This document shows positions 37,391 through 49,467 of a DNA stretch of 64,000 bases, piece after piece. Both the position numbers and the translations under genes were made by a program. A model generated the notes under the pieces. That model saw only the letters and a program-made list of their open reading frames with translations, did not search any database and was not told where the DNA came from. This stretch comes from Setoptus koraiensis (Eukaryota > Animalia > Arthropoda), in the NCBI GenBank assembly GCA_048013815.1, contig CM106585.1, positions 8,866,001 through 8,930,000 of the forward strand. Direction: 5' to 3'. Numbering within the stretch: the stretch's first letter is position 1; every line of letters starts with the position of its first letter.

Positions 37391-40300
37391 CTGTCGTTGT
37401 TGTTGTTGTTGTTATGAATGCTGCTGTCGGGCCATTACGACTGGTCGTTGGCTCGAAAAGTGTTGCTGGCCAATCGCACCTTGCACAAACGCAAACACAC
37501 GGCCGAACACGGAGCATGGCTAATGGAGATTTGCGGCTATCGCAGCGGCCATCTTATCGCATCTGCTGCCGTTGCTGGCGCTTGTGCCGGCGAACGCATC
37601 GGCGAACAACGAGAGCCGCCCGATGCCAGCCCGCGAGAGCGAGCGAGAGCCATTCGCGGCACTCGAACGCTCCAAATGGCTTCGAAGCGTCCGAAGCGTT
37701 CGAAGCGTCCGAAGCGTCCGAAAAAATGTTGCTGCCAGCGCCGTGCACAATAATAAAGAACAGACAAGATTAATGATGTTCTCGGGCCTGCTGCTACCGC
37801 AGTGGCTCCGTGCGCGGCCGGCCCGACAGGTAACAGGCACGACGGACGGCATTGATTGCAGCGATTCGCTTTATCGCCGTCAATTCGCTGTCTCTCGCTG
37901 GTAGAATCTCGCAGCGGCGGCGGCGGCGGCGTATCGAAAGCTCGCTGAGCAGCGACGAGCTTTCGAATAGGCCGAATTGTGAATGGCCCTTGTGTCTCGG
38001 CCATTGTGCTCACCGACAAGTTGTTGCAAGGGCGCCGGGCCGGCGTGAACTTGCGGCCGTGCCGACCACGGCGCCCTTGCAACAATTATGCAAGAGTGCT
38101 AATTTTATCACACCGCCGGTGCCACCACCAATGAATATGAGCATTATGAGTAAGGCACCGAAACATAACGAAATAATAATATTATCGCGAGCTCTTTAGC
38201 GCCATTTAAACGCACCAAGCATCGCGAGTCTGTGGCGCAGTCGCCACACACAAATACACTGGTTGATGGGCGATAAATAGTGGCGGCCGGCGTAACGGTC
38301 AACGGAAGTCGACCTTGAGTTGGCCGGCTGACAAGCGGCGAATGCGAGAATTGCGTGCCTGTCTCGCCGGCACACAGAGAGACAATTAAGTCAAGTTGGC
38401 CAATCTAATTGAGTCAGTCAAACTGTCGATGCGGGGACAGCGGCGCAAAAATGATCGCGTGAAGCGTTGGCAAAGGCGAGCACGGCATCGGGTTGGCCGA
38501 CGCCGTTCCATTGAGACAGATGACAGCGCGGCAATTTATGAGTTCATCGCCGACGATGACATAACCACCTTCGACAGGTCGCATGCGCAGGCCGTCGGCT
38601 GCCGGCTGCCAATGCGTAACGCCAATCCGGAAATGGCATCTCATGACGGTACGACATGATGAGCAAGTAGTGTGAAAACAGCGACGAAGAAGACGGCGGC
38701 AGCACAACAAGTGTCCGCCGGTGCTGCTGGTGTCAGATTAGTGGACGGCACTAATTGGACAGGCACACTGTTGAGAACAGACCATTAAAGTATGGTTACA
38801 CAACTTTTAAAACAACCACAGCAACAACAAGTGCAATGCAGTTAATTGGCGCAGATTAATCAAAAACTTTCTTTGTTTGTTTGTGCTTGGCTGGCTCATC
38901 ATTGGCGAGACCAATGGCAGTCGGACAAGATTGATAAGCGATGCTGCTGTGAGATGCGAGCTGCCGGCTGCCGGCTGTGAGCCATCGCGCGGCTCATTCA
39001 TTTGCGAGGCACGCCAGCGACATGATTCATTTCTAGACGAGATATAAATCACTATTAAGTTGTAGCAAACATTAAACACACACACAGCGGTGAGGTGCCC
39101 CTATTTGGTGGTCAACCAATTAGAGAGGCAACGACACACACAGCAGATGTAATTTGCTGCAAGTTGCCAAAAGTGTAATTATCATAATAAACTACCCATA
39201 CACTCACATCATGTAACTACACACATCACTCGTTATCTGGCCGCCAAAACAAATTCTCGCTGGCGCGCTCGCTCCGAGGCACCCAGTCACTCGTTATCTG
39301 GCTGCCGACTGGTCGTTATCTGCGTCTCACTCGAGATTGCAGCGCAGCGATACGGCAGCCGAACAACAAGACGAGCGCTCGGCTCGACACCGCGGTGCTC
39401 TATGGAAACGGCCCTTCCCAGAGCGAGAACCCGCAGCGAGAACTCGGGCGAGAAATTTCTCAAAAGACACCAAAGTTGGCGATTCTTCAAACGATTCTTG
39501 TTCGCGCCAATCGCACACTCACTGCTCACTGTCCGGCGCACATCACAAAGGGGCTCCCGCGAGCCCGTCGGAACGTACTCGTTTGACCGCAAGGTGGTTG
39601 CAACTCGCGAGAGACATGACAGCATAATAGAGCGAGGCCAACAACGTGATACCGACAGCATAATTAATCATAATTACAAGTGCATGAAAAACTCATGAAA
39701 CTCAATTGAGATAATCTAGTCCAGTCTCACACGCTCGCCCGGCACAGCGCTAGCGTTCTTTTGCGCTAGATTCTTTGCGCTCGGATATACACAAAATACT
39801 CGAGCTATTGCCTTTCTGTATTGTGTCTACAACATACACACACACACACAGACGGTGGCGTCGAGCATGATTTCGATGATGACTCTATCGTCGTCATCGG
39901 CATCGTGGCTCAAATAGCTGAATTGGCAGACAAGGCAGACGAAAAATAGAGAAGCCCGAGAATGGCGAGCATTGGAGAAGAACAAAGATCATTAATTGTT
40001 GTTAGTGTGCCCGCCAATAGACGCAAAGTATCAGGTAGAGACAGGGAGAGAAATCTCTCATGACCATTACAAAACAATGATCGCTTTTCGGCTTCTCATG
40101 TGAGCCTCTCTCTCCCATCCATTTGGGCATCCTCTTCTCTTTGCTGCGTTTCGTTTCTTTCGTCTTTGCGGCCGCATGATGCCATTGAAGGCGAATTTAT
40201 GTATTATTGGAATTATTGTGTGTGAGCCGAAATCAATTGAAACAACACACACACACACACAACAGAAACAACAACAATGCAAACGAACAATTAAATGAAG

Positions 40301-43300
40301 CGGCCAGAGCGGCATGAATTCTTTATGATAGCAGTAATTAAGCACGTTCGCCTTGTGTGAGCATGAACAACAACACACCGGCGCACGGCCGAGGAATCTC
40401 ACCTGTCGATCACGAGCCAGCAAGGTGAGGCGACGCCGCGAAAATTCTCACTCTCGCTCGCAAATCCAACAAGTTCAACAAATGCAACAAATGCCAGCCA
40501 ATGGCCAGCCAATGGCCAGCCTATGGCCAGCAACAGAGCGGCTAATCGACATGAGAGTTGTTGGTCAAAGTTCAATGTTGGCTAAACCCGGCGCGGATAT
40601 CGTAATGGTGAGGAAGCCAAGTTGCAGCAGGTTGTAAATTCATCATGAGAACAGGTAAGCTGAGTATATGGCCGTCATAAGCGGTGGCGGCGGCGGCCAC
40701 GAATATTCATTCGCATAATATATTAAGTAACGGCGACGTCACCCACCGATTGGCTGCAAGATAGCGAGCGAGATTGAGTGTTTGTTGGCACGAACTTGTG
40801 TCATAATTGATGGCTTGTTTGGCCAACGGCTGACCGGAAGTTGGCCAATTTAGACTTTTGCAATTTCAACGGCGAGCGAAATAAAATTTTGCACCAACTC
40901 GAGTTTTTCACTGTTACTTTTGTGTCTGTGTGTGTGTTCAGCTGCGTTCGCCAGCTCACGATATCATAGACGATATAAGGCATTAATAGACCATGTGAGG
41001 CATAAAACGAAAGCCAAGAGAGAGAAATGACACAACGATGACAAGATACGAAGATAAGGTGACACACAACCGTGCCCATTGATTAATTAGCATGTGTGTT
41101 GGTGTGTGGCTACTGTTGGCCACCGTAATGAAGCTGTTGCTGGTGCCACCGCTTTCTACTGTGTCCATTTATCCGCTGCCATTCGTCTCATTTATCCTTG
41201 TGTGATGTGATTCGAATCAATTTGGAGCCGACTGGCGCGATTTAATGAAGCGCACTGAATGATATCAAGATCGCCGACATCAAGATATTGGTCCAGTTAT
41301 CAGCTCCTGTTGATCTTGCGTTGGCCGTCGCCTAATGGATTTTACATTAATTTTTCTTTTTTCTTCTTCGCTCGCTCTTTTTTTCATTATAATTCTTGTC
41401 TGGCGCAATCCGCAGTCCAGCGGCCAGTCCAGTGTGTTCGCCCAAACGCCAATTCAAATTTAAACTTCACTTCACACATGAACTGCCACCTAACTGCTGC
41501 GGGCTGCCATTTTTGAGCAACACCACCACCACCAACAACAACAACAACCGAGAGACTATTGAGGACAACAGCTCAATTAGACTGGCGCGCTGCACAACAA
41601 CATGTTTGGACACATTAGAGAGAATTAATTCCTAGCCAAGGTGTGTGGTCTGGCCGTTTGTCTCAATTGATTTATTATGTGCACTCATGTCGGTGCCAGT
41701 AGACGACATTGTGCCAACGCCAACAACCGCGACGTTTTGTCCGCCAACCAGTGACCAGTCAGCGTCACTTGTATTTGCGGCTTATCACGTCTATCTGTGC
41801 CTATCTATGGCTTTGGGTCTCTCTGGGCTTTGGGTCGCCCTGGCTCGAGCTTATCGCCACGGCCCATCTGGTTGGTGAGCGCGCGTGCTGCCGAGTTTTG
41901 CATTTATGTCAGAGAAAATCCTCTGCTCGTTATCGCTGTCGAATTCGTCGGTCGACAATTCGACGAGATCAACCGAGAATTGAATTCTGTGCGTCGGGCG
42001 GCCCGACGAGACTGACCGAGCGCTTGGCTGACCTTGCGCCTCCGCTGGCCGCTGGCGGTGCTGTCAGTTGGGCGCACTGGACCGGCCCGCAACAACAAAA
42101 CAATGATTTAAAGAAGTGCCAACAAGCGGCCCGTTGAATGGGGCGCAAACTCAAAAAATTGATAGAATTTCGGCCGGCGAGCAATCTGGTGCTTGGCGCT
42201 TTGCGAACGCTAGCATTCTAATTCGGGTTCGTCAACTCGGCCCGGCTGGCGAATTCTAACGATTGGGCGAATTCGGCTGGCGACCTCGAACGACTGGCAA
42301 ACTCGAACGACTGGCAAACTCGAACGACTGCGAAGTGGGCGCTCGGAGCGGCACTCGAGCATCTCAGGCATAAAGAGCTGTCAGTTTGGACAATTGGCGG
42401 CGCATATCGCCGTGCAATCAAATGGTGGTGCCAGCGCCAGAAGGAAGTGAGCTGGCGATTGTTATTGGCCAATGGGCACTGTTAATTCGGGCAGCGCCGA
42501 CAACAATGTTTCATCTTTTTTATTCACCCCACTTATTCTTTTTGCGCTCACGGCTCACGGCCCGCAATGAAGATCAATGAGGATCACTAACCGATATAAC
42601 CGCCGCGCGCACCACAACAACAACACGAGCGACAATATTCAAATAATCAAATGATCCTCGCTGGCACAATAAGCGCTGCCAGCGTATCGTTATCCCTTTG
42701 TTGTGTTTTGCACTTTGTTGTCGCTGTTGGTTGGTCGCTGCTGGTTCGCGATTCGCGATTCGAGTCGCTCGTTCCAAGTTGGCAGTTCGCAGTTCCAAGT
42801 TCCAAGTTCGCAGTTCGAACCCGCAACCTGGAACTAAAACCAGGTTGGCCGGCACGTTACGCCGGCCTATATGGCGCGCAGCATATTATGGAACTGGTTG
42901 AGTCGTGTTCGGCGCTGCTAATGTTGCCGTTGCTGTTGTTGTTGCTGTTGACGGCGCTGTTGATCGGGCAAAGAATGCCAAAGAGAACAATAATAATGTG
43001 AAGGGCAGTAATCAAATTGATTTACTTCGACAGCAACAACGACATGCCAGTTGCTACAAGTAGAGTGGTCAGTCAGTCGTTTGTGTGTGCTGTGTCGAGC
43101 CACAAACAAAGAACCAACAGTGCACAGTTCATTCAATTTACAAGAGACCCTCTCAGTCACTGACTTGCTCTTATCTCGCAAACTCACACAACTGGCAACT
43201 GAACAGCAACAGCAGATAAGATTAAACGAGCGATTGACGAAGAAATATATTTTTATAATAAACAGCGCCAACGATAATGGTGTTTGATGAGCATTGTTTA

Positions 43301-43438
43301 GCAACTAAACTCAAGTAGATGTCGTCGTCTTTCATCATGACAACAACGCTGGAAAAAACCCCACAAACAACAAAGACACACTCAACGCCACCTATGCGCC
43401 CAGTTTTTTTCTGGTTCACTTCGGCCTTTCTGGTGCTC

Positions 43439-43469
<31 letters not shown>

Positions 43470-43479
43470 TGTGTGTGTG
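43439..43479. repeat. Interrupted (GT)~20 microsatellite ~400 nt inside the ephrin intron 1 donor
   Basis: Read directly. Confidence 0.95.
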
Positions 43480-43752
43480 CCGTATGTGTTGTATGTGCTG
43501 TATGTTTGGGCACACATTGTGTCGGGACATTGAGTGGCACCGAAACCGAATCCCGTTGTCCCGGCGAGAGGTCAGCGTCGCCAGCGCCGGACGGTAGGTG
43601 AGGCTGGCGACGGCCGAACGGCCAACACAATGGACTCTCGAGGCGACCACTTAACGAGCAATTAATTAACAGTGCCAATGAGCTGTCCGGTTGACACCAC
43701 CTATTGGCCGATTGAGAGCCAATGGTCGCCACAATCGGCGACAATTGCAAAC

Positions 43753-43811
43753 CGGCGACCGGCGCGAATCGGCGACCGGCGCGAATCGGCGACCGGCGCG
43801 AGTCGGCGACC
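43753..43811. repeat. 17-bp GC-rich tandem repeat (CGGCGACCGGCGCGAAT) x3.5 near the ephrin intron 1 donor
   Basis: Read directly; ~65 nt from the donor. Confidence 0.95.
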
Positions 43812-43876
43812 ATTGGCCATTTCGAATTCGAGCGGAGCAGAGCGAACATGAGAGAACAGTGCGAAGGGATACTTAC

Positions 43877-44300
43877 ATTGGGTTCGAGGCATTCCAGTAG
43901 ATGTCGGGCAGTTTGGCCGCCGAGGCCAGCGTGGCCATCGCGAGCACTTGCACGGCCAACAAGACGGTTGTGGTGGCTTGACGGTATGGCACGCAAGCGT
44001 GCAGATGACAACAATGAGATTTCGTATTCATTTTTGAGGCTTCTTCTGCTTCTTCTATGCGACCATTATTTGGTGAATTTGCACACTGATATTGATTCTG
44101 CTGGTGACAGCGCTTGTCATGCTGCTGATGCTTGGTGTTACTATTCTTATTCTTGTGTCCACTCTGACACTGGTCGGTTGATTGGTGCTGACGCAGGCCT
44201 AAACGCCGCTGCAAACAGTGCTGATTTGCTTCAAAGTCGGGCATATTCTCACATTTGTTCTCGTCGTTTGTCTTGGTGTCTATCGTGTCGTTGTTGTCAC

Positions 44301-44338
<38 letters not shown>

Positions 44339-44508
44339 GCTGCTTCTTGATGCTGCTGCTGCTGTTTGCTGTTGTTACTCATTGGTCCACTCGAACATGG
44401 TACGGGCAAGTGGTTGGTGTTGTCTCTACACTGTCCAAATTGTAACTGACTCATCTCTGGCCAATCGCAAAATAGCCGGCCATCCCCCCCCGTTCTTCCA
44501 TCTTCCAT
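43877..44508 (-). CDS. Ephrin: Ephrin, coding exon 1 (long Q/N-rich N-terminal extension, hydrophobic signal-like segment, start of ephrin domain IYWNASNP)
   Basis: Translation ends VLLAVQVLAMATLASAAKLPDIYWNASNP followed by AT|GTAAGT (phase-2 donor at 43876). [I/V]YWN.SN is the ephrin-domain start. First in-frame ATG is 44508; an alternative ATG at 44031 (MNTKSH) gives a shorter leader. Confidence 0.9.
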
Positions 44509-44581
44509 AATTCGTGTGTGCGCATGCGCCAACCAACTTGACCACCGTAGTGCTAAATTGATGCAAGAGAAACGGCCGGTG

Positions 44582-44595
44582 GCGACATCTAGCGG
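44582..44595 (-). promoter_or_regulatory. CTCF-like motif CCGCTAGATGTCGC
   Basis: One mismatch to the consensus; lies between the divergent ephrin and OPA1 starts. Confidence 0.3.
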
Positions 44596-45023
44596 AATTC
44601 GAAAGAACTGCGGAGAATTAAATAACGCGCGCTTTGTGGCTCGTATAGGTGCACTGCATTGTGCCAGCGTGCAGCAGTGTGCCCTAGTGCGGGCAGAAGG
44701 GGCTTGGCCCGTTACAATCGCGGCAGTAAATAAATGCACACGGGGGCAGGAATCGTGCGCAGAATTGTCTTTTCTCAAGCAGAACCGGCAGACCTTATGC
44801 CCGTTTCAAATTGGCGGTCGGTTCTGCGCAGGGAAAACGCGCCACCCCTAGCCCTGTGCATTTATTTATTACGCGATTGTAGAAACACGACCCGTGCTAG
44901 ATTTTGGCACTAATTCAAATAAATACAAATCCTGTTCTATCATAGAATAGAACCTATTATGCCCATTTGGATTTATTTGTGATTTTATTTTTAATTTATC
45001 ATTATATTATCAGTATCACACAA

Positions 45024-48000
45024 ATGTCTTACCTGGTAAGATTCGTCGGCGGACTACTGAGGGTTCGCTACTTAGTCCTTGGATCAGCTGTCGGTGGCGG
45101 TGTTGGCCTATCTCAAAAGTATGAAGATTGGAAAAAGAGCTTACCCGATATCCCAGATGTAGAATGGTTAAAGAGGCTATTTCCCAGTCAGGACTCGTTG
45201 AACGAGTTCAAATCAAGCATGAATAATCTTAAAGATTCTATCACACTGGAAGAATGGTCCAGAGAGTTATCCAAAACTTTTAACGACTGGGTAGAAGAAG
45301 CCAAACGCAACGTCAAGACCTCAGACAATAATGGTGAGTAAAGGATGTCCGCTAATAGTTTTACTTTTGACAGCTACACTGTGTTACCTTGTATTCAATT
45401 GTCTCCGCATGGAAAATACTTTGTAGAAGATAGCGTAGCTTTTTCGGTTCATTTGAAAATCTATTTGCGGAAATCCCTTATGACATTGATATCACATCTT
45501 AGCATGACATTATTCATTCAATTAAACTAATCTCTATGTAGGATTGCTCTTTTTAGGCATGGGGCCTCCAGTTCCACCCAAAAACTATCAGAAGGATATC
45601 GAAAGCAAGTCATTATTACCCGACATTCAACTATTCTCAAATAAAGATCTAGGTACTCAAAGCTCCATGGATGATAAGATATACGAACTGGAGACGAAAC
45701 TAAGAGAGTTTAGAAAAGTGATTGACATTAGTGATAAAGAGATCAATAAATTACGAAAAGAAAATGAAGACCTCAAGAATAGAATTGTTCGTAACTCAAC
45801 CGGTAACGTTCAGCAGAAGAAGCTACTGGAAAAGTCTCTCATTGAGCTCTATTCGGAAATTCTCGATGAACTAAGTGATTTTGACTCATCATATAATATT
45901 CTAGACAATTTACCCAAAGTTGTTGTTGTCGGGGACCAAAGTGCAGGAAAAACTAGTGTTCTTGAAATGGTAGCAGGCGCTAGAATATTCCCTCGTGGGG
46001 CTGGTGAGATGATGACAAGGTCACCTGTTCAGGTCACACTTAGTGAGGGGCCATATCATGTAGCCAGGTTCAACGATACATCAAGAGAATTTGACCTAAC
46101 AAAGGAAACTGAATTGGCGGATTTAAGATATGATATTGAGGAGAGGATGAAACGATCTGTGCAAAGTGGTAAAACAGTTAGCAATCAAGTTATATCATTG
46201 ACTATACAAGGTCCAGGTCTCAAACGAATGGTATTAGTAGATTTACCGGGAATAATAGGAACTGTCACTAACGATTTAGCTCCCGACACCAAAGATTCAA
46301 TCATAAAAATGGCCGAGGAATACATGGGCAATCCGAATGCTATTATATTGTGCATTCAGGATGGTTCTTTAGATGCAGAACGGAGTATATTCACAGATCT
46401 AGTACATAAAGTCGATGCGAAAGGTCGGCGTACAATTCTCGTTTTGACCAAGGTGGATTTAGCTGAGAAGGAACACACAAACCCAGAAAAAATCAAGAAG
46501 ATTCTTGATGGAAGATTATTTCCAATAAAAGCCATAGGCTATTTTGCTGTCGTTGCCGGTAAAAGTGGTAAAAACGAGAACATCCAAGACATCAAGGATT
46601 ACGAGAGACATTTTTTTGAGAATTCTACTTTATGCGCCACGGGAATATTAAATAAATCTCAATGTACCACAGAAAATCTCAGTGCCAAAGTATCCGGATG
46701 TTTCTGGAGTATGGTCAAAGCCTCCGTGGAACAACAGACCGATGCTTACAAAGCTACTCTATTCAATCTTGAAGCAGAATGGAATCACTCTTTTCCTTAC
46801 ACAAGGCAGCTGAGTCGTGATGAATTATTTTTGAACGCAAAGAATGAATTACTCGATGAATTGGTTGAACTAAGTCGTCTCAGTACCATTCATTGGGATA
46901 AAGTTTTATCGACTAGACTGTGGGAAAAATTTAGACAACATGTATTCGAAGTGATCTACTACCCGGCCTCCTGTGATCAATCCCAATTTAACGCAAAGAT
47001 AGAGATAGAGTTGCAGAGGTGGGTTGAGAACTTTTGTCTACCAAAACAGGCCATACAGGTTGCTCAAGAGTCAATAAGAGACGACTTTTATCGGATTGAT
47101 GATAAAAAAAATAAGGAGGCCTCAGACGAGGTCGTATATAGTGCTCTCAAAAGAACAGTAATCGACGATGCGCTGAGTCGTCACACATGGAAACCTCAAG
47201 CTATTGATGTATTGAAAGTTGTTCAATTAGAGGCTCGAGCTAAACAAAGTAACCTGAATCAGGTAAATTGGGAGAAAGCTATCGAATTCTTGAAGAAGGC
47301 TCTCAATGAAGAAATTCTAGCAGCCCAACAAGAACTCAATTTCCTCACAGGGCCTAACTTTATTAATCGATGGTTAACCTGGAAATCGATGTCTCAAGAC
47401 CAAAAAACAAATTGTTTGATCATGACAGAACTTGCGAAAACAATACAACCAAATTTTGACAAGCCTATTCCCTATATGCCCCAATTGCCCGAAGATGACT
47501 TAACAACTATTAGACGTAACTTGGAATCAAAACAATGTTTTGTTGATGATGAGTCGATACTGAAAGTTTGGAAACCATACCAAAAATTAATGTTCCTCAA
47601 AAATGAAATAAATCGAGCCAATGAATGTAGGAAAGAAATACCTCTATATGAACTTGATATCGGATGTGATGTAAGTATAACTGATAGCTTCTAACAAAGC
47701 CTGAGTATTCCTCTACAATTTCCACATATCTCTAACTCTCTTCTGTTTTTAATATTATATGCATACACTTATAGACCGATAGAAGCCCCATTATTCTATT
47801 CTACAGGATTCAGAGAATGCTGGAGTTTACCAGCAACAGTTTGAGGCGACAACTTGTAGAAGATGAGTTCAAACGAATTGAGCGAAGGATTATAGAGGTG
47901 TTCAATGAATATAGTGAAAACGATGTCCTGAAAACCAAGTTACTGCACGGTAAACAGGTGCAACTAGTCGAGGAGATAAACAAAGTCAGGAGGATCATAG

Positions 48001-48068
48001 GAATGTTAGAGTACTTCATCGAAGCGATGAGTAAGGAAGAGAGGCCAGAAAAAAAAGAGCTGGTCTAG
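45024..48068 (+). CDS. OPA1: Dynamin-like GTPase OPA1, mitochondrial (exons 45024-45333, 45557 [or 45542]-47670, 47775-48068; ~905 aa)
   Basis: LLRVRYLVLGSAVGGG TM segment. G1 GDQSAGKTS, MMTRSPV, G3 LVDLPG, G4 TKVD. C-terminal IILFYRIQRML...LRRQL. The introns keep frame. Confidence 0.93.
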
Positions 48069-48298
48069 TCATATTTGATTAAATAACAGTTAGATGTTAA
48101 ATAGTTGTCTAACGGCCTTAGCTTCCTGTATTTTTTTTTTTCGTTATTTCGCCAAGTTTAACGAGCATGGGCGACCAATAAACTGTTCTAACGATGTTGA
48201 AACAAGCGTATACATAGCAAATGATAAATTTACCTAGAAATTGAGGTGCTGTTTTTTTTTATTATTCAGATATTCCGATAGATATAGATACACATTCT

Positions 48299-48840
48299 CT
48301 AACGGTAAGATTTCTGGTAACGCGCACGTGCACCCGGACCACCGAACTTCTTAGGCTCGCATCTTCTCGGATCAGAGACAAGTAGAGCTCGGTCGTACTG
48401 TACAAGAATATCCTTGATCTCTTTTTTGGAAGCTTCATCGACGTACTTTTGGTAGTAGGCGACAAGGGCCCTGGATATAGCTTGACGGATTGCGTAAATT
48501 TGAGCTACACGACCACCTCCTTTAACGCTGACGCGGATGTCGACATCCGAGAATCTAAATGGCAAGATAGAGAGGTTGGTAAGTTGTTAGAATTTATACA
48601 ATGATTGAGAGTAAATCAGTCAGTCGCCGGATTCATTCATGACGGTACTTACTTGTCTTGTCCGATTAACAAAATTGGTTCGATAAGTTTGAATTTAAGA
48701 ACTTGCGGTTCTACCAGATCTAATGGTTTGTCATTTACTTTGATCAGACCTTTACCTGCCTTGCAGTAGGCGACAGCTGTGGCTGTTTTCTTACGTCCGA
48801 ATACCTGGACTGCCTTGATTGGCTGCTTCTTTTGTTCCAT
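48299..48840 (-). CDS. RPS16: 40S ribosomal protein S16 (uS9) (exons 48840-48653, 48554-48299; 147 aa)
   Basis: [17 protein letters not shown]...[36 protein letters not shown]...[20 protein letters not shown]. Phase-2 GT-AG intron. Confidence 0.98.
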
Positions 48841-49364
48841 GTTAAATTATTTAATATGTATTTTTTATGTTTAAGGCCGGAAATATGGGCTCTGCCGCTA
48901 GAAATATTTTAATCAATTTTTAGACTGTGAATGTCTAACATGTAAATCGTTAAAGATGGGGTAATAATTTATGTCTATATGATAATTCTGAATATTAGTT
49001 GAATTTACCAATCGGCATTCCCATGTGCTATTCGGCGATTTGAGAACCATCAGTCCTGCACAGAGGAAATGGGAAGCGATTGCAGTAGATTACAGCAGGC
49101 TGCAACGACAAGAAGATGTGTGACGCATGCGCTGTTCTATGACGAATCATTTGAAAGATTAGCGCGAATGAAACACCCAAGAATTTATCGCCCCATGCGG
49201 CTAGTGGAACCCGAAAAAAAATCGAATAGTACCCAAAAAAGTAGTTAAAATGCCAACCAGGAGTGGACCGGCATCAATGAACTCGGTAGCTTTCTAGCTT
49301 GTCGTTTCGAGGCGAGGATTCATCAACAATACTCAGTAACAGAGACGAACTGGCAAAAAGTATG

Positions 49365-49467
49365 TCGTCCGGGAGGGACTCGAACCCTCAACCTTCGCAT
49401 AGCTTACAGAGGACTTGTTGTACTGCTGTCATAAGTACAAAGCGCTAGCCAATTGCGCCACCGGACG
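49365..49467 (-). tRNA. tRNA-Ile(UAU) with 29-nt intron (49401-49429)
   Basis: Acceptor stem CGTCCGG/CCGGACG-A; A box TGGCGCAATTGG; anticodon arm TTGTA-CT-TAT-G|intron|A-TGCGA; T arm GAGGG-TTCGAGT-CCCTC; T5 Pol III terminator at 49355-49359. The intron 3' end (TAAG-CT) pairs with CTTA of the anticodon loop as in canonical pre-tRNAs. Confidence 0.9.

Larger units (their letters stand above)
6761..43876 (-). other. Ephrin intron 1, ~37.1 kb, hosting four nested genes
   Basis: GTAAGT donor at 43876 and CAG acceptor at 6761. The phase matches exactly and restores a continuous ephrin motif (YWNASNP-I-FRIDNTDH). Confidence 0.88.

Noticed and set aside
7850-40410. Many CAG|GTGAG motifs on both strands as possible extra exons or recursive sites
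   Set aside because: They coincide with the CAGGTG/CACCTG E-box, occur on both strands and mostly lack 3' splice-site context.
43722-44510. 262-aa plus-strand ORF with poly-Cys
   Set aside because: Antisense shadow of the poly-Asn/Gln ephrin exon 1.
48555-48652. Possible C/D snoRNA in the RPS16 intron (ATGAATGA…CTGA)
   Set aside because: Box C is imperfect, spacing to CTGA is too short and there is no terminal stem.
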